A stretch of 63,282 bases of DNA, filler included, from Octopus bimaculoides (Eukaryota): assembly GCF_001194135.2 (NCBI RefSeq). It is 5 parts of 5 records of this genome, joined end to end, with 100 filler letters (N's around TTAATTAATTAA, not from the genome) between each part and the next. Parts side by side here need not be neighbours in the genome. Positions count along the whole stretch, not along the records: positions 38,195 to 51,178 come from NC_069000.1; 4 more parts are not named here. The stretch is one strand, 5' to 3'. Below are positions 38,285 through 49,175 of the stretch, in pieces. The position numbers and the translations under genes were made by a program. The notes below the pieces were generated by a model that had not been told where the DNA came from, made no database searches, and saw only the letters and a program-made list of their open reading frames with translations. Numbering within the stretch: position 1 is the first letter of the stretch; every line of letters starts with the position of its first letter.

Positions 38285-38429
38285 GCTGCTTGACAGCCCT
38301 TCACGTCCGTATTATTGGGTGTATTTTATTGTTGAAGTAACCATGAGTTGGGAGGAGAGGGTCATTCTTTGCGGGGCTCGTTAAAGGACCTGAGCCCATT
38401 TAATTTGGAAAAAATATAATTTTTTAAAT

Positions 38430-39480
38430 TTGATAAAATTTTCTGACAGAGTTTGTGACAAAGAAAAAGAAAAAAGAGATAAGGAAGAAGAAGGAGGAGG
38501 AGCCTTTCCTTTGTTTCGTTTTTACAAACATAGGGTTTGTCGCTTTAATTCAAATTCTGGGAAGGGCGAGGGTGAAAACAGCAGCAAAACAAACAGCGCC
38601 ACCATCGTCGCACTACGGCGGCGGCAGCAGCAACAGCAACAACAACAACAACAGCAGCAGCAGTAGCAACAATGCGTCCAGCTGCAATAGTAACATCTTC
38701 GCTACGCCGCAATCACCATTAGTAACTCTTAAGATGCATGCTAATGTAACGGTTTAAACGACTGCCAGACCCATCCCTTAACAGCAAAAGCAGCGCCCCC
38801 ATCATCACGTCCCACCCCCACCCTCCATCAAAAGCAGTTTTTTGCTACATCAGTGTGCACGACCGTGACCACCACCATCAACAAGGCAACGTCAGTCGCC
38901 AAACTCTCGCACAGGGGCGGGTGGGGCATTCGTTTTCAAATCATGAACCTCTCAGCTAAAAGCGCAACAGTTACATATTACGACCTGACTTGTTCGCTCT
39001 GTTAACGAGGGGAAAAAAGGGAATAAAGAATGAAGATTTATCATTGCCATGTGCATGAACAGAGAAAATAGAGGAGAAAAGTGGCGGGTTACCCTGGGCC
39101 CTCAACTCCTGGTGGCGTTGCAAAGAGCAATGTTATGACATATGGAGTGCCTCGGGCATTTATAAACTTGGCGGAGCCCGTTTCTTTCCAAATGCGACCA
39201 CAATTGACTTCTTCCAGAAACTTCTAGTTTGGGCCACGTCTTCCGGTAAAGACAGGCAGAAAAAATGAGAGAGAGAAAAAATCGACCACACCACAGGACT
39301 ACGCGAAGAACTCAGTATTCTGTGAATACCGATGCGCAGATATTGACAGAAGTTGCAAAATCTGCCGAGACAACTGGACATTGAGCAGGAGCTGCCGATG
39401 ATTGTCAATCACGTTTTCCTCACAACTCATTTCTTTGGCAGAGGCTTGTAATCCTGGCTAAAACAAAGACCAATATTGAG
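38430..39480. promoter_or_regulatory. Unique, relatively CpG-rich island, possible promoter or first/last exon region
   Basis: Higher GC/CpG than the flanks by eye, GC box GGGGCGG at 38914-38920, CTCF-like CTCCTGGTGGCG at about 39106-39117, (CAG/CAA)n tract. Confidence 0.3.
38534..38757 (+). CDS. Possible terminal exon, low-complexity G/S/N-rich peptide
   Basis: Pyrimidine tract tttcctttgtttcgtttttacaaacatag| then open phase-1 frame FVALIQILGRARVKTAAKQTAPPSSHYGGGSSNSNNN...HANVTV*; phase compatible with the 36124 microexon. No recognisable domain. Confidence 0.2.
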
Positions 39481-39679
39481 ACCTCGACATCGGAATACTG
39501 TTAGACCCTTCTCCAGGCTGATTTCAATCATCTTCCCTTGTCCCAACCACCAAATATGTATGGTATTCTATCAATGTTATACATCGTTGTCTCACTGTGA
39601 TATAGTAGACTGTAAGACAGAGGGAGGAGGGGTGGCATACATGTGTAAGTATATATATATATACACACACGTGTGTGGA

Positions 39680-39975
39680 GGCACATGACCTAGATGTTAG
39701 AGCAATAGACTCGCAGTCGAAGGATCGTGGGTTCGAATCTCAGACCGGGCGATGTGTGTGTTTATGAGCTAAACACCTACGCTCCACGAGGCTCCGACAG
39801 AAGTTAATGGCGAACTTCTGCTGACTCTTTCGCCACAACTTTCTCTCACAATTTCCTCCGGCATCTAGCAGCTCACCTGAGACGGACCGGCATCCCATCC
39901 AGGTGGGGAACCTATACGCCAATGAAACCGGGAAACTGGCCCTTATGAGCCAGACATGACTCGAGAAGGAACAAA
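39680..39975 (+). mobile_element. SINE family C
   Basis: Co-linear with 22340-22645. Confidence 0.8.
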
Positions 39976-40036
39976 CACACAACATATATATATATCTACA
40001 TATATGTGTGCGTCATATATATATATATATATATAT

Positions 40037-40420
40037 AATGGCTGTGTGGTAAGTAGCTTGCTTACCAACCACATGGTCCTGGGTTCAGTCCCGCTGCATG
40101 GCACCTTGGGCGAGTGTCTTCTACTATAGCCTTGGTAGACGGAAACTGGAAGAAGCCCGTCGTATATGTATATATATATATGTATGTGTGTGTATATGTT
40201 TGTGTGTCTGTGATTGTTCCCCCCCCCCCCCNNNNNNNNNNNNNNNNNNNNNNNNNNNNNNNNNNCCATCGCTTGACAACTGATGCTGGTGTGTTTTCGG
40301 CAAAAGAGACCGATAGAATAATAGGCTTACACAGAATAAGCTCTGGTGTCGATTTGCTCGACTAAAGGCGGTGCTCCAGCATGGCAGCAGTCAAATGACT
40401 GACACAAGTAAAAGAATAAG
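40037..40420 (+). mobile_element. SINE family B (gap inside)
   Basis: tggctgtgtggtaagtagcttgc...gggttcagtccc...ggtagacggaaactg...atgactgacacaagtaaaaga. Confidence 0.85.
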
Positions 40421-40612
40421 AGAACATAAAACACAGATACGTAAATACATATACCATCATCGCTGCTGCCACCTCCAGCTCTGATTACCTGCCATCACAG
40501 TTACTATCACCATCCCATCACTCTAACCACCACCACCACCACCACCACCACACCTCCCTATGTTCCTACCAGTTCTCAATTCTGAGACCAATTCTCCACT
40601 CTAAATAGCTTC

Positions 40613-40649
<37 letters not shown>

Positions 40650-41773
40650 GCAGAATTTATCAAAAGGGCGTGCATGATAGTTCCTACATGAGCATCTACC
40701 TTCAGTTTTGCTGGTGTATGTAATTTATACATACACATGTGTGTGCTTATTTACACATGTATGTAGACAAATAAACAGAAACACAGAAACAGACGCACAC
40801 ACACACAGAGACAGACAAACAGACAGATATACACCCATGTGATATTATGTTGCTCCTGTCTGAACATAAACCCGTTAAATCAATGTTTAAGGTTGTGTCT
40901 TTTTTTTAAAGTCACAACCTTAACATAAGGGTACACCTACCCGACCAACATGAAACAGTATAGCAGGGAACCCTAATACATAAACACAAAGGTATATGGT
41001 ACAAACATACTGACGATAATAGGAATAAATAGGGACTTTTAGGGGTCTTCAATAAATGTGAATATCTACATTTGCTAAAATAAGGGTTGTATTTTGTGAT
41101 TCAAGATGGTTCCATGTCTGTACAAGAGATTGGGAAAATGGTGGAGGAGAGAGAGAGGGAGAGAGAGAGATTCAACATCAACAATGAGCATGAGGTGTGA
41201 TTTTTATATTTTTTATTTATTAAATAAATGAAAGACAATAGTCGATAATAACGATCATGATGATGATGATATTGATATACGTTTTCCGAATGTAAAAAAA
41301 AAATAGTGAAAAGAAAGTGTATTTAATGTTTACAAAAGTGCATAGATAAAATGTGCATACGTGAGAGAGATAGTCCGGTTATATATATAGTTTACATGAA
41401 GCATTGTCTGATATATATATAAATGTTCTTAATTTTTTTTATAAAGCCAAAATAATACAAGTTACAAGAAATAATATCAGTCTTTTAAATGCACTTTTAT
41501 CTTGGATGTCAATATTCCAGAATTAGGACCCCCTCTTTGGAGAAGTCAGCTCCAACACCATTTCTCCAAAGATTTCTTGAAGAAGGGCTCTTAACCTCAA
41601 AATATTGAAATACAAAATAAAAGGACAAAACATCAAATTGTATTATTTCTTATAACTTATGTTGTTTTAGTTTTATGAAAAATGATTAAACACACACACA
41701 CACAAGTAAGCACATAAATGCAAAAGTAGGTGGGAAAAAAAGTACTTGAATACCAAAGGTAGAGTAATATCCT

Positions 41774-41779
41774 TTTATT
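41774..41779 (-). promoter_or_regulatory. Candidate poly(A) signal for MBD4
   Basis: AATAAA on the minus strand about 570 nt after the stop codon, inside a PLE-derived repeat. Position only. Confidence 0.25.
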
Positions 41780-41801
41780 AAAGCTGCAAAATTTTCACAA
41801 A

Positions 41802-41842
41802 ACTGTTACTCAGAGTTTCACGTTCCCATTTCATCAGAATAC
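41802..41842 (-). ncRNA. Hammerhead ribozyme motif, intact core, in the probable MBD4 3' UTR
   Basis: CUGAUGA (41837-41831), A-AUG-ggaa-CGU stem II, GAAA (41819-41816), near-palindromic ACUCUGAGU stem III, GUA, then acagt. Stem I 5' arm (agtatt) pairs poorly. Confidence 0.55.
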
Positions 41843-41880
41843 TAAATTACAAGCATGATTTTAATTGAGTATCCATCACA

Positions 41881-41920
41881 ACTGCCTGACAAATGGGAAC
41901 ACAAAACTCTGAGTAACAGT
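41881..41920 (+). ncRNA. Degenerate hammerhead motif, inverted partner of 41802-41842
   Basis: actgc-CUGACAA-atgggaacac-AAAA-ctctgag-UA-acagt; two core substitutions, stem I retained. Confidence 0.45.
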
Positions 41921-42088
41921 TGCATGAAAATTTTGCAGCTCTAATAAAAGTACACACACACACACACACTCACGCACATATACAAACACATCACACAACC
42001 AGTGCACAAGTCCCCACCATATTACACACTTCTGGTAGACACACCATGCCAACACCACTCCAAAACTTAAAACTCAACAGCCTTCCAG

Positions 42089-42171
42089 TTAGCTACACAT
42101 GACCTAACTTGTAGCATTAGCATGGAGGTTTTAGCTACACATGACCTAACATGTAGCATTAGCATGGAGGT
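42089..42171. repeat. 42-bp tandem duplication in the probable MBD4 3' UTR
   Basis: ttagctacacatgacctaac(t/a)tgtagcattagcatggaggt twice. Confidence 0.9.
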
Positions 42172-42343
42172 AGAATCAAAATCATTATCATCATTATCCT
42201 TATTATTATTATATCACAAAATTCCTAGAAAGCCAAGCTGAAAGTCGACATGGAGGACACAGAGGGGTGGGTTGTATTACTCCTGCCAAGTGAAAATTCA
42301 AATTCCGATATTCTGGAGACATGGAGGTATTTTGGATGTACGT

Positions 42344-42418
42344 TTAGATTCCAAGTCGTTCATGATTGTCCCATAACCATTTATAGTAGTTGTTGAGTTT
42401 ATGGTCAGTAGGTATCAC
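42344..42418 (-). CDS. MBD4: MBD4 last coding exon with catalytic Asp and stop codon
   Basis: Acceptor ctctctccacag|; [24 protein letters not shown], matching the MBD4 C-terminus [22 protein letters not shown]. Too short to appear in the ORF track. Confidence 0.95.
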   Translation of the reverse strand: MIPTDHKLNNYYKWLWDNHERLGI

Positions 42419-43032
42419 CTGTGGAGAGAGAGAGAGAGAAACAAAGTGGTTATTATATTTTTATATATATATATATGTCAATATCTATCTATTTATATAT
42501 GTTGTATGTATGTATATATATATATATATATATATATNNNNNNNNNNNNNNNNNNNNNNNNNNNNNNNNNNNNNNNNNNNNNNNNNNNNNNNNNNNNNNN
42601 NNNNNNNNNNNNNNNNNNNNNNNNNNNNNNNNNNNNNNNNNNNNNNNNNNNNNNNNNNNNNNNNNNNNNNNNNNNNNNNNNNNNNNNNNNNNNNNNNNNN
42701 NNNNNNNNNNNNNNNNNNNNNNNNNNNNNNNNNNNNNNNNNNNNNNNNNNNNNNNNNNNNNNNNNNNNNNNNNNNNNNNNNNNNNNNNNNNNNNNNNNNN
42801 NNNNNNNNNNNNNNNNNNNNNNNNNNNNNNNNNNNNNNNNNNNNNNNNNNNNNNNNNNNNNNNNNNNNNNNNNNNNNNNNNNNNNNNNNNNNNNNNNNNN
42901 NNNNNNNNNNNNNNNNNNNNNNNNNNNNNNNNNNNNNNNNNNNNNNNNNNNNNNNNNNNNNNNNNNNNNNNNNNNNNNNNNNNNNNNNNNNNNNNNNNNN
43001 NNNNNNNNNNNNNNNNNNNNNNNNNNNNNNNN

Positions 43033-43150
43033 GTGGAGAGAAAGAGAGAGGGAGTGGAGAGAAAGAGAGAGGGAGTGGAGAGAAAGAGAGAGGGAGTGGA
43101 GAGAAAGAGAGAGGGAGTGGAGAGAAAGAGAGAGGGAGTGGAGAGAAAGA
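43033..43150. repeat. 21-bp purine minisatellite (GGAGTGGAGAGAAAGAGAGAG)n in the last MBD4 intron
   Basis: Visible tandem units next to a gap. Confidence 0.9.
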
Positions 43151-43494
43151 GTTTTACGTACCATTGTCTGATAAGAGCAACAGATTAAGGTAATTCAGTG
43201 TAAATGGAATTCATTCATTGCTGAATTGTAAACACAGGAAGATTTGAGTTCAGCACTGCAAGCTAATGAAACGCTGATCAGTTTTACACTGCTTCCACTG
43301 CTTACAGCAATGAACTCTTCTCGCCTGTGGTACCTGTTATTGGCAAGGTACACGATGCAGGAACATATAACGCAGTTATACCTAGATACACACACACACA
43401 GACATCCTTTACCTGCTTCCTCACTCTTATCAGTCAGGTGTCCGAAGCAGAGATACAACCCACACTAATAACATCTGGATGCATTCTAACATAC

Positions 43495-43525
<31 letters not shown>

Positions 43526-43534
43526 AATATTTAC

Positions 43535-43638
43535 CTGTTTCCATTCATTGATACAAAATATTCTGTAAGAATCTTTGCCATATTTTCCGATACCATACAA
43601 CTCATCAGGATATTTCCAGTTCTTCAGCAGATATTCCT
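43535..43638 (-). CDS. MBD4: MBD4 coding exon, helix-hairpin-helix motif
   Basis: Acceptor ttttgctcacag|, donor CAG|GTAAAT; 104 nt, [34 protein letters not shown]. Confidence 0.95.
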
Positions 43639-44148
43639 CTGTGAGCAAAAAGCATATACACACATACATTTATTAATATACATACATTTACATACACACT
43701 CACAACGACAGTGGCGTCACTTAATTAAAAATTGAGAATATACTGATAATTAAACATTCATTATTAGTTTCTTTAATTAGTTAATCACTAAGAAATCAAA
43801 TTAAATATGTGTGTGTGTGTGTGTGTGTGTGGTGAGGGGTGGATGTGAGTGGCCTAGTGGATGGTGTGTTGCACTCACAATTTAAAGATCATGGGTTTGA
43901 GTCCTGGACAAGTGGAAAAATGGAAGCAATCTTTGATGTTTTGAGCCTATGCTCTTCTTCAGAAAGAGATGAGGAGAGAAAACAGATGGCGAAAGAAAAA
44001 AACAAAAAATGGAGAGAAAAGAATGTGTCTGGATTAATGGTTGCAGTATGTGTGTTAAATGCTACAAAGCTGCAGGATTTCATCTTAGGGAGATCCCTTT
44101 AAGAACATTTGGTGCCGAAAATATATTTTCATTCTTTGGCATTTTTAC

Positions 44149-44298
44149 CTGAAAATCGGATGATTATCTTGGAGCGTTTTTCATTAAGACCAAGTGGAGT
44201 TATCAAACGTGCTATTTCTTGCCAATCAGCTTTTCTTGCGCTATCAGCATCAGGGTAGAGATCAAAGAATTTCCACAACAAAGGAATCGCAGCTTTGC
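44149..44298 (-). CDS. MBD4: MBD4 coding exon, glycosylase domain
   Basis: Acceptor ttttctgtctag|, donor G|GTAAAA; 150 nt, KAAIPLLWKFFDLYPDADSARKADWQEIARLITPLGLNEKRSKIIIRFS, phase 1 at both ends. Confidence 0.95.
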
Positions 44299-44995
44299 CT
44301 AGACAGAAAATATTAAAATAACAGCTTAATATATCAAATATCACACATAATATGTGTAATATGCATAGCATATTGTATATCACATTATCACATGACCAAC
44401 CAGACCATTGGACATTGTTATACACCACTGGTCACAATGCACTTGGTATCATTTTAGTGTTTGAATGATGACACCCTGCTGGCAAGGCAAGCAATGATTG
44501 AGTCCCCACCACCACCACCCCCAATCATTTTTGCCAACCGAGTGGATTGAAGCAAAGTGAAATAAAGTGTCTTGTTCAATGGCAAAAACCAACACCAGGA
44601 ATCGAACTCACGGCTTCACAACCACAAGAACCCTAACCACTTAAGCCGTGCACCTTCACAATAGAACATTGGCTACAGAATAAAACCATTACCACTTGTC
44701 TCGCTTCACTAGCGCCACACCAATGGCATTTTCAAATATGCAAGGATTTTCTGCCACAGACTGGATGTTCCTGAAGGGACAAAGCCTTGTTCTTTTTTTA
44801 CTACAAAACTGTGATACCAGTCACTTGAGCCCAATCAGTTTTGAAAGGTTAATTTGATTTCAGTCAAAACCAACAGAAAAGGGGAGGGGTAAAACAAGGA
44901 ATATGAAGTAGTAAAAGACATGCAAGTGTGAGGTGACAACAGGTTCCACTGTCAATCTGCAAGTTTTAATAAGAAATAAAGTTTAGACATCATAC

Positions 44996-45208
44996 CTGTA
45001 GTTTTATTAAGAAATATCGTAGCAATCAATAATTTCCATGGGTCATGGAAGAGACTTTCTTGGACAAGGCAGAATGGCGATTTTGGGGGTGTCCATTTTG
45101 TTTGACTGAGAATTCGAGGCTGGGCCAATGCTGTCATTTTGTCATCTTTCTTCTGGAAATATTTACTTTTCTGCAGTGATTTTAGACTTTTGGACTTTGA
45201 TTTAGTTT
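44996..45208 (-). CDS. MBD4: MBD4 coding exon, start of glycosylase domain
   Basis: Acceptor tctccttattgcag|, donor G|GTATGA; 213 nt encoding [17 protein letters not shown]...[35 protein letters not shown], matching the MBD4 motif [34 protein letters not shown]. Confidence 0.95.
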
Positions 45209-45839
45209 CTGCAATAAGGAGATAAAAATATATTTCATTTCTTTTTGTTTGATCAATAAGGGAGCATGCCCCTAGCTTTTACTAAACTAGCCATATACCT
45301 ATAACTTTCATTAAAGTACCCTGGAACCTTCCCTAAAATACTTGGTATATTTATAAGCTTCACTTAACTACCCAGGGTACAGCATAACCTTCATCAAGTC
45401 ACCCCTGTATGCCAGTCTTCGCTGAACTTCCCAAAGTACTGATAACCACACACACACATGAGTGTATATATTTATATGCATGTATGTGTGTGTGTGTCCT
45501 TGTGTCACCTTGTCTTGATACCATGTCACAGTTGTAAATGAGTGTCACTGTCATACAAGCAGTGACCTTCATTTCCAATAGTCTTCTGTGAGAACATGTC
45601 CAGCCATGGGGTATTATTACCTTACTTGGAAACAGGTGAGGATTGATGACTGGGAGGGAATCTGTCTCAATAAACTTTGTCCAACCCTTGCAAGCATGGA
45701 ACAGTGAACGTTAAAATTCTTTTGGGCACTTGCCCAGAAAAGGTTTTTGTTTCAGGGTCTTTATTTTCACAACCTTGCTCACCAAAACTGTATTCTTACC
45801 TGCATTAGTAAAGAGATTATGTGCCTCTAGCCAGCAGAT

Positions 45840-46000
45840 CTCATCATCGTTTAACGTCCGCTTTCCATGCTAGCATGGGTTGGACGATTTGACTGAGGAC
45901 TGGTGAACCAGATGGCTACACCAGGCTCCAGTCTGATTTGGCAGAGTTTCTACAGCTGGATGCCCTTCCTAACGCCAACCACTCTGAGAGTGTAGTGGGT
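45840..46000 (-). mobile_element. Dispersed repeat 3' end (copies at 47418-47600 and 49655-49690)
   Basis: tttaacgtccgctttccatgctagcatgggttggac...gctggatgcccttcctaacgccaacc recurs. Confidence 0.75.
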
Positions 46001-46895
46001 GTGAAACCAATGGTCACTTTCTGACCAGCCATAACCAATGACTACATCAAATATTACTGCTCAAAAAACAAAATGACTGGGTTTTTTAGATTCTGCTTGT
46101 TTTTTTTTGGTCTTCTGAATAACTGACCAATACACAGTACTCTGGTCAATGTAGTCAACTAGCTCTACCCACTCAAATTTCTGGTATTGTGCCAAGATTT
46201 GAACCCATTAATATCATGATTATTATCATTATTATTTTTAGTAGTAGTAGTAGCAGTAGTGTTGTATTACTGAAGACTACATCTTTGGACTCATTTGTAC
46301 CAGTAGCATCTTTTCATTCCCCTCCAGGGCCGTATTAAGCAGGGCTTTGTAGAGGCAAACATTTTTTTTTCTTTTTGTTCCAGGACAGGATACAAAGAGG
46401 CCAGAACGAACGAGAAGTGTCGACTGAGATGATACACAAGATGAGAAACCTAAAATGGCTAATTGATCTGCTAGACAGAACAGTCAAATTTCCTTTCAAT
46501 CACACCCAACTCACTTACGGAAGCATAAATAAACCTTGGATAATGTAGTCCTGGATGCATTATCTTTGAAAATAAAGAGCATTATCACGGTTGGTACATA
46601 TATCAGACCCGACCTAAAGTTCGACATCAGACAGAAAAAAAAAAGATATAAAATACAAAATTATCAAGACTTATTATGGGAAGTAACTCCGATAGATAAT
46701 ATTTTTCATTACTTCCCTTAATTTTTATTTTTTATATTTCTCAAGAATTTGTAAAAAAAAAAAAAATTATGAATTTGATTCCAGGAATATTTTTTTCACA
46801 AGTTATTCATGGAAGACAGGAACGTAATAAGGAAGTTCATGAAATAATTCTTTTTTGGAATAGCTGATCTCGAAGCACACACGAAGCTATAAATA

Positions 46896-47145
46896 ATGGC
46901 ATCTAACTATTGGATTGAAAACCCCTTTTGCAAAGAAGATGTCAAAGGCAGCCCCATGGGACACAATTCTACATCTCCAAGCATGCATGCATGTCCGTCC
47001 AGGCATGCAGTTGCACCTTGGTGTCGTTCTGTCATTAAAAACTCAGAACATTTCTGTTTCTCTTCTTTCAAAATGGTTCGTGATATTTCTTTGAGAGTTC
47101 TAGCCCTACCAGTGACAACTTAAGACTTTCATTCCTCCACAGCTG
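46896..47145 (+). mobile_element. hAT C-terminal dimerisation-domain relic inside the MBD4 intron
   Basis: FSSFKMVRDISLRVLALPVTT* followed by an ERSFS-like sequence (aagactttca). Confidence 0.4.
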
Positions 47146-48316
47146 ATAAAATATAGTACCAGTCATATACTAAGGTAGACGACATTCACTAATTCCCTTC
47201 CCCTCAAAACTGCTAGTTAACTAGGTACTTAACTAACCAGCTAACTAATTAATAGTACAATTAATTAGATCAATCCACACATATCAAGAAAATTACTTCT
47301 CTCATTCTATCTTCGTTTAATTATATTTAGTCGTAAATGATTTCTCTAATATGTGAATAACATAGCCACAGGTTGGCTACACCAAACAGGAGAAATAGAA
47401 CTAAATACATGAAAATCCTTATCTAACGTCTGTTTTCCATGCTGGCATGGGTTGGACAGCTTGACTAAAGCTGGCAAACCAGAGAACTGCCCCAAGCTTC
47501 AATTGCCCATTTTGGTGGGGTTACTATGGCAGGATGCCCTTCCTAACACCAGCCACTTTACAGAATGTACCGAGTGCTTTTTACATAAACTATCTGCGGA
47601 ACCAACAACTGATGAAGGATTGTTTTGTTTGTCTTGTTTTCCATTTGTGTCTTTCATTATTCGGAAAAATAATTCATATTCCATGTACTCGTACTTCATT
47701 GTTGTACACATTTCATGACGTCCTGTGCCCACATATGCATATATATATATATCATTTATATTATTATATATTTATACATACACACACACAAGTATATATG
47801 TGTGTGTGTGTGTGTGTGTCTGTNNNNNNNNNNNNNNNNNNNNNNNNNNNNNNNNNNNNNNNNNNNNNNNNNNNNNNNNNNNNNNNNNNNNNNNNNNNNN
47901 NNNNNNNNNNNNNNNNNNNNNNNNNNNNNNNNNNNNNNNNNNNNNNNNNNNNNNNNNNNNNNNNNNNNNNNNNNNNNNNNNNNNNNNNNNNNNNNNNNNN
48001 NNNNNNNNNNNNNNNNNNNNNNNNNNNNNNNNNNNNNNNNNNNNNNNNNNNNNNNNNNNNNNNNNNNNNNNNNNNNNNNNNNNNNNNNNNNNNNNNNNNN
48101 NNNNNNNNNNNNNNNNNNNNNNNNNNNNNNNNNNNNNNNNNNNNNNNNNNNNNNNNNNNNNNNNNNNNNNNNNNNNNNNNNNNNNNNNNNNNNNNNNNNN
48201 NNNNNNNNNNNNNNNNNNNNNNNNNNNNNNNNNNNNNNNNNNNNNNNNNNNNNNNNNNNNNNNNNNNNNNNNNNNNNNNNNNNNNNNNNNNNNNNNNNNN
48301 NNNNNNNNNNNNNNNN

Positions 48317-48350
<34 letters not shown>

Positions 48351-48959
48351 TATATATATGAAGTTTTTACCCACCAATTTTCATTCACAAGAATTAGCCT
48401 GAAGTTAAAATAAAAAACTTCTCCCCACCGTGTCATGCAATGGAAATGAACTCACAACCACGCATTTGGGAGTTAAACTCCTGGACCGTGCATCACAGAT
48501 TATAAAGATAGAAATGTAAATAAATAAACAAAAATAACCAAAAAAAAAAATAAAGGATAATAATTTTATTAAATAAACAAATAATATATAAATATGAAAA
48601 ATAAATTTAAAATATAATAAAATTATCAACAAAAATAATTATTTTTATTATTAAATATGATAGATAATTTGTTCAGGCACACAAGCTCCGATTTATAGAA
48701 GAGGAAGAATGGGAAGTGGTTATATGCATGCCTTTCTCAAGAGTGTAGAGTATATATATATATATATGTGTGTGTGTGAAACAATGGCACCGGTGAATTA
48801 TACAAAAAAATTAAGATATAAAATGCTTTATGAAAACATAAATACCAATAATATAATGGGGGTAGGCTTAATAATTAAGATGTCCTAGGGGCTCCCTTAC
48901 AGGATCATATAAATAACAGTTAAGTAGTGAGGCAGATAAAGCAACCCAGAATTATAATC

Positions 48960-49175
48960 TTTTCTCCTACAGGCAAACAACCTGGAATTTGAGAGTGGTG
49001 GGGTTAATTGATTATATCGACCCCAGGACTTGACTCATACTTATTCTATCAACCCCCAAAAGGATCAAAGGCAAAGTTGACCTCGGTGGAATTTGAACCC
49101 TGAATGTAAAGACTGACAAAATACTGCTAAGCATAAAGTCAGGCATGGAACCGATTCTGCCAGCATGCCACCTTA
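48960..49175 (-). mobile_element. SINE family A in MBD4 intron, possible gaattataa target duplication
   Basis: Full-length core; gaattataa at 48949-48957 and 49184-49192. Confidence 0.8.

Larger units (their letters stand above)
41772..41950. repeat. Fold-back with arms of about 70 bp and a spacer of about 40 nt
   Basis: cttttattaaagctgcaaaattttca...actgttactcagagttt..gttcccattt versus the reverse complement of 41881-41950. Confidence 0.85.
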
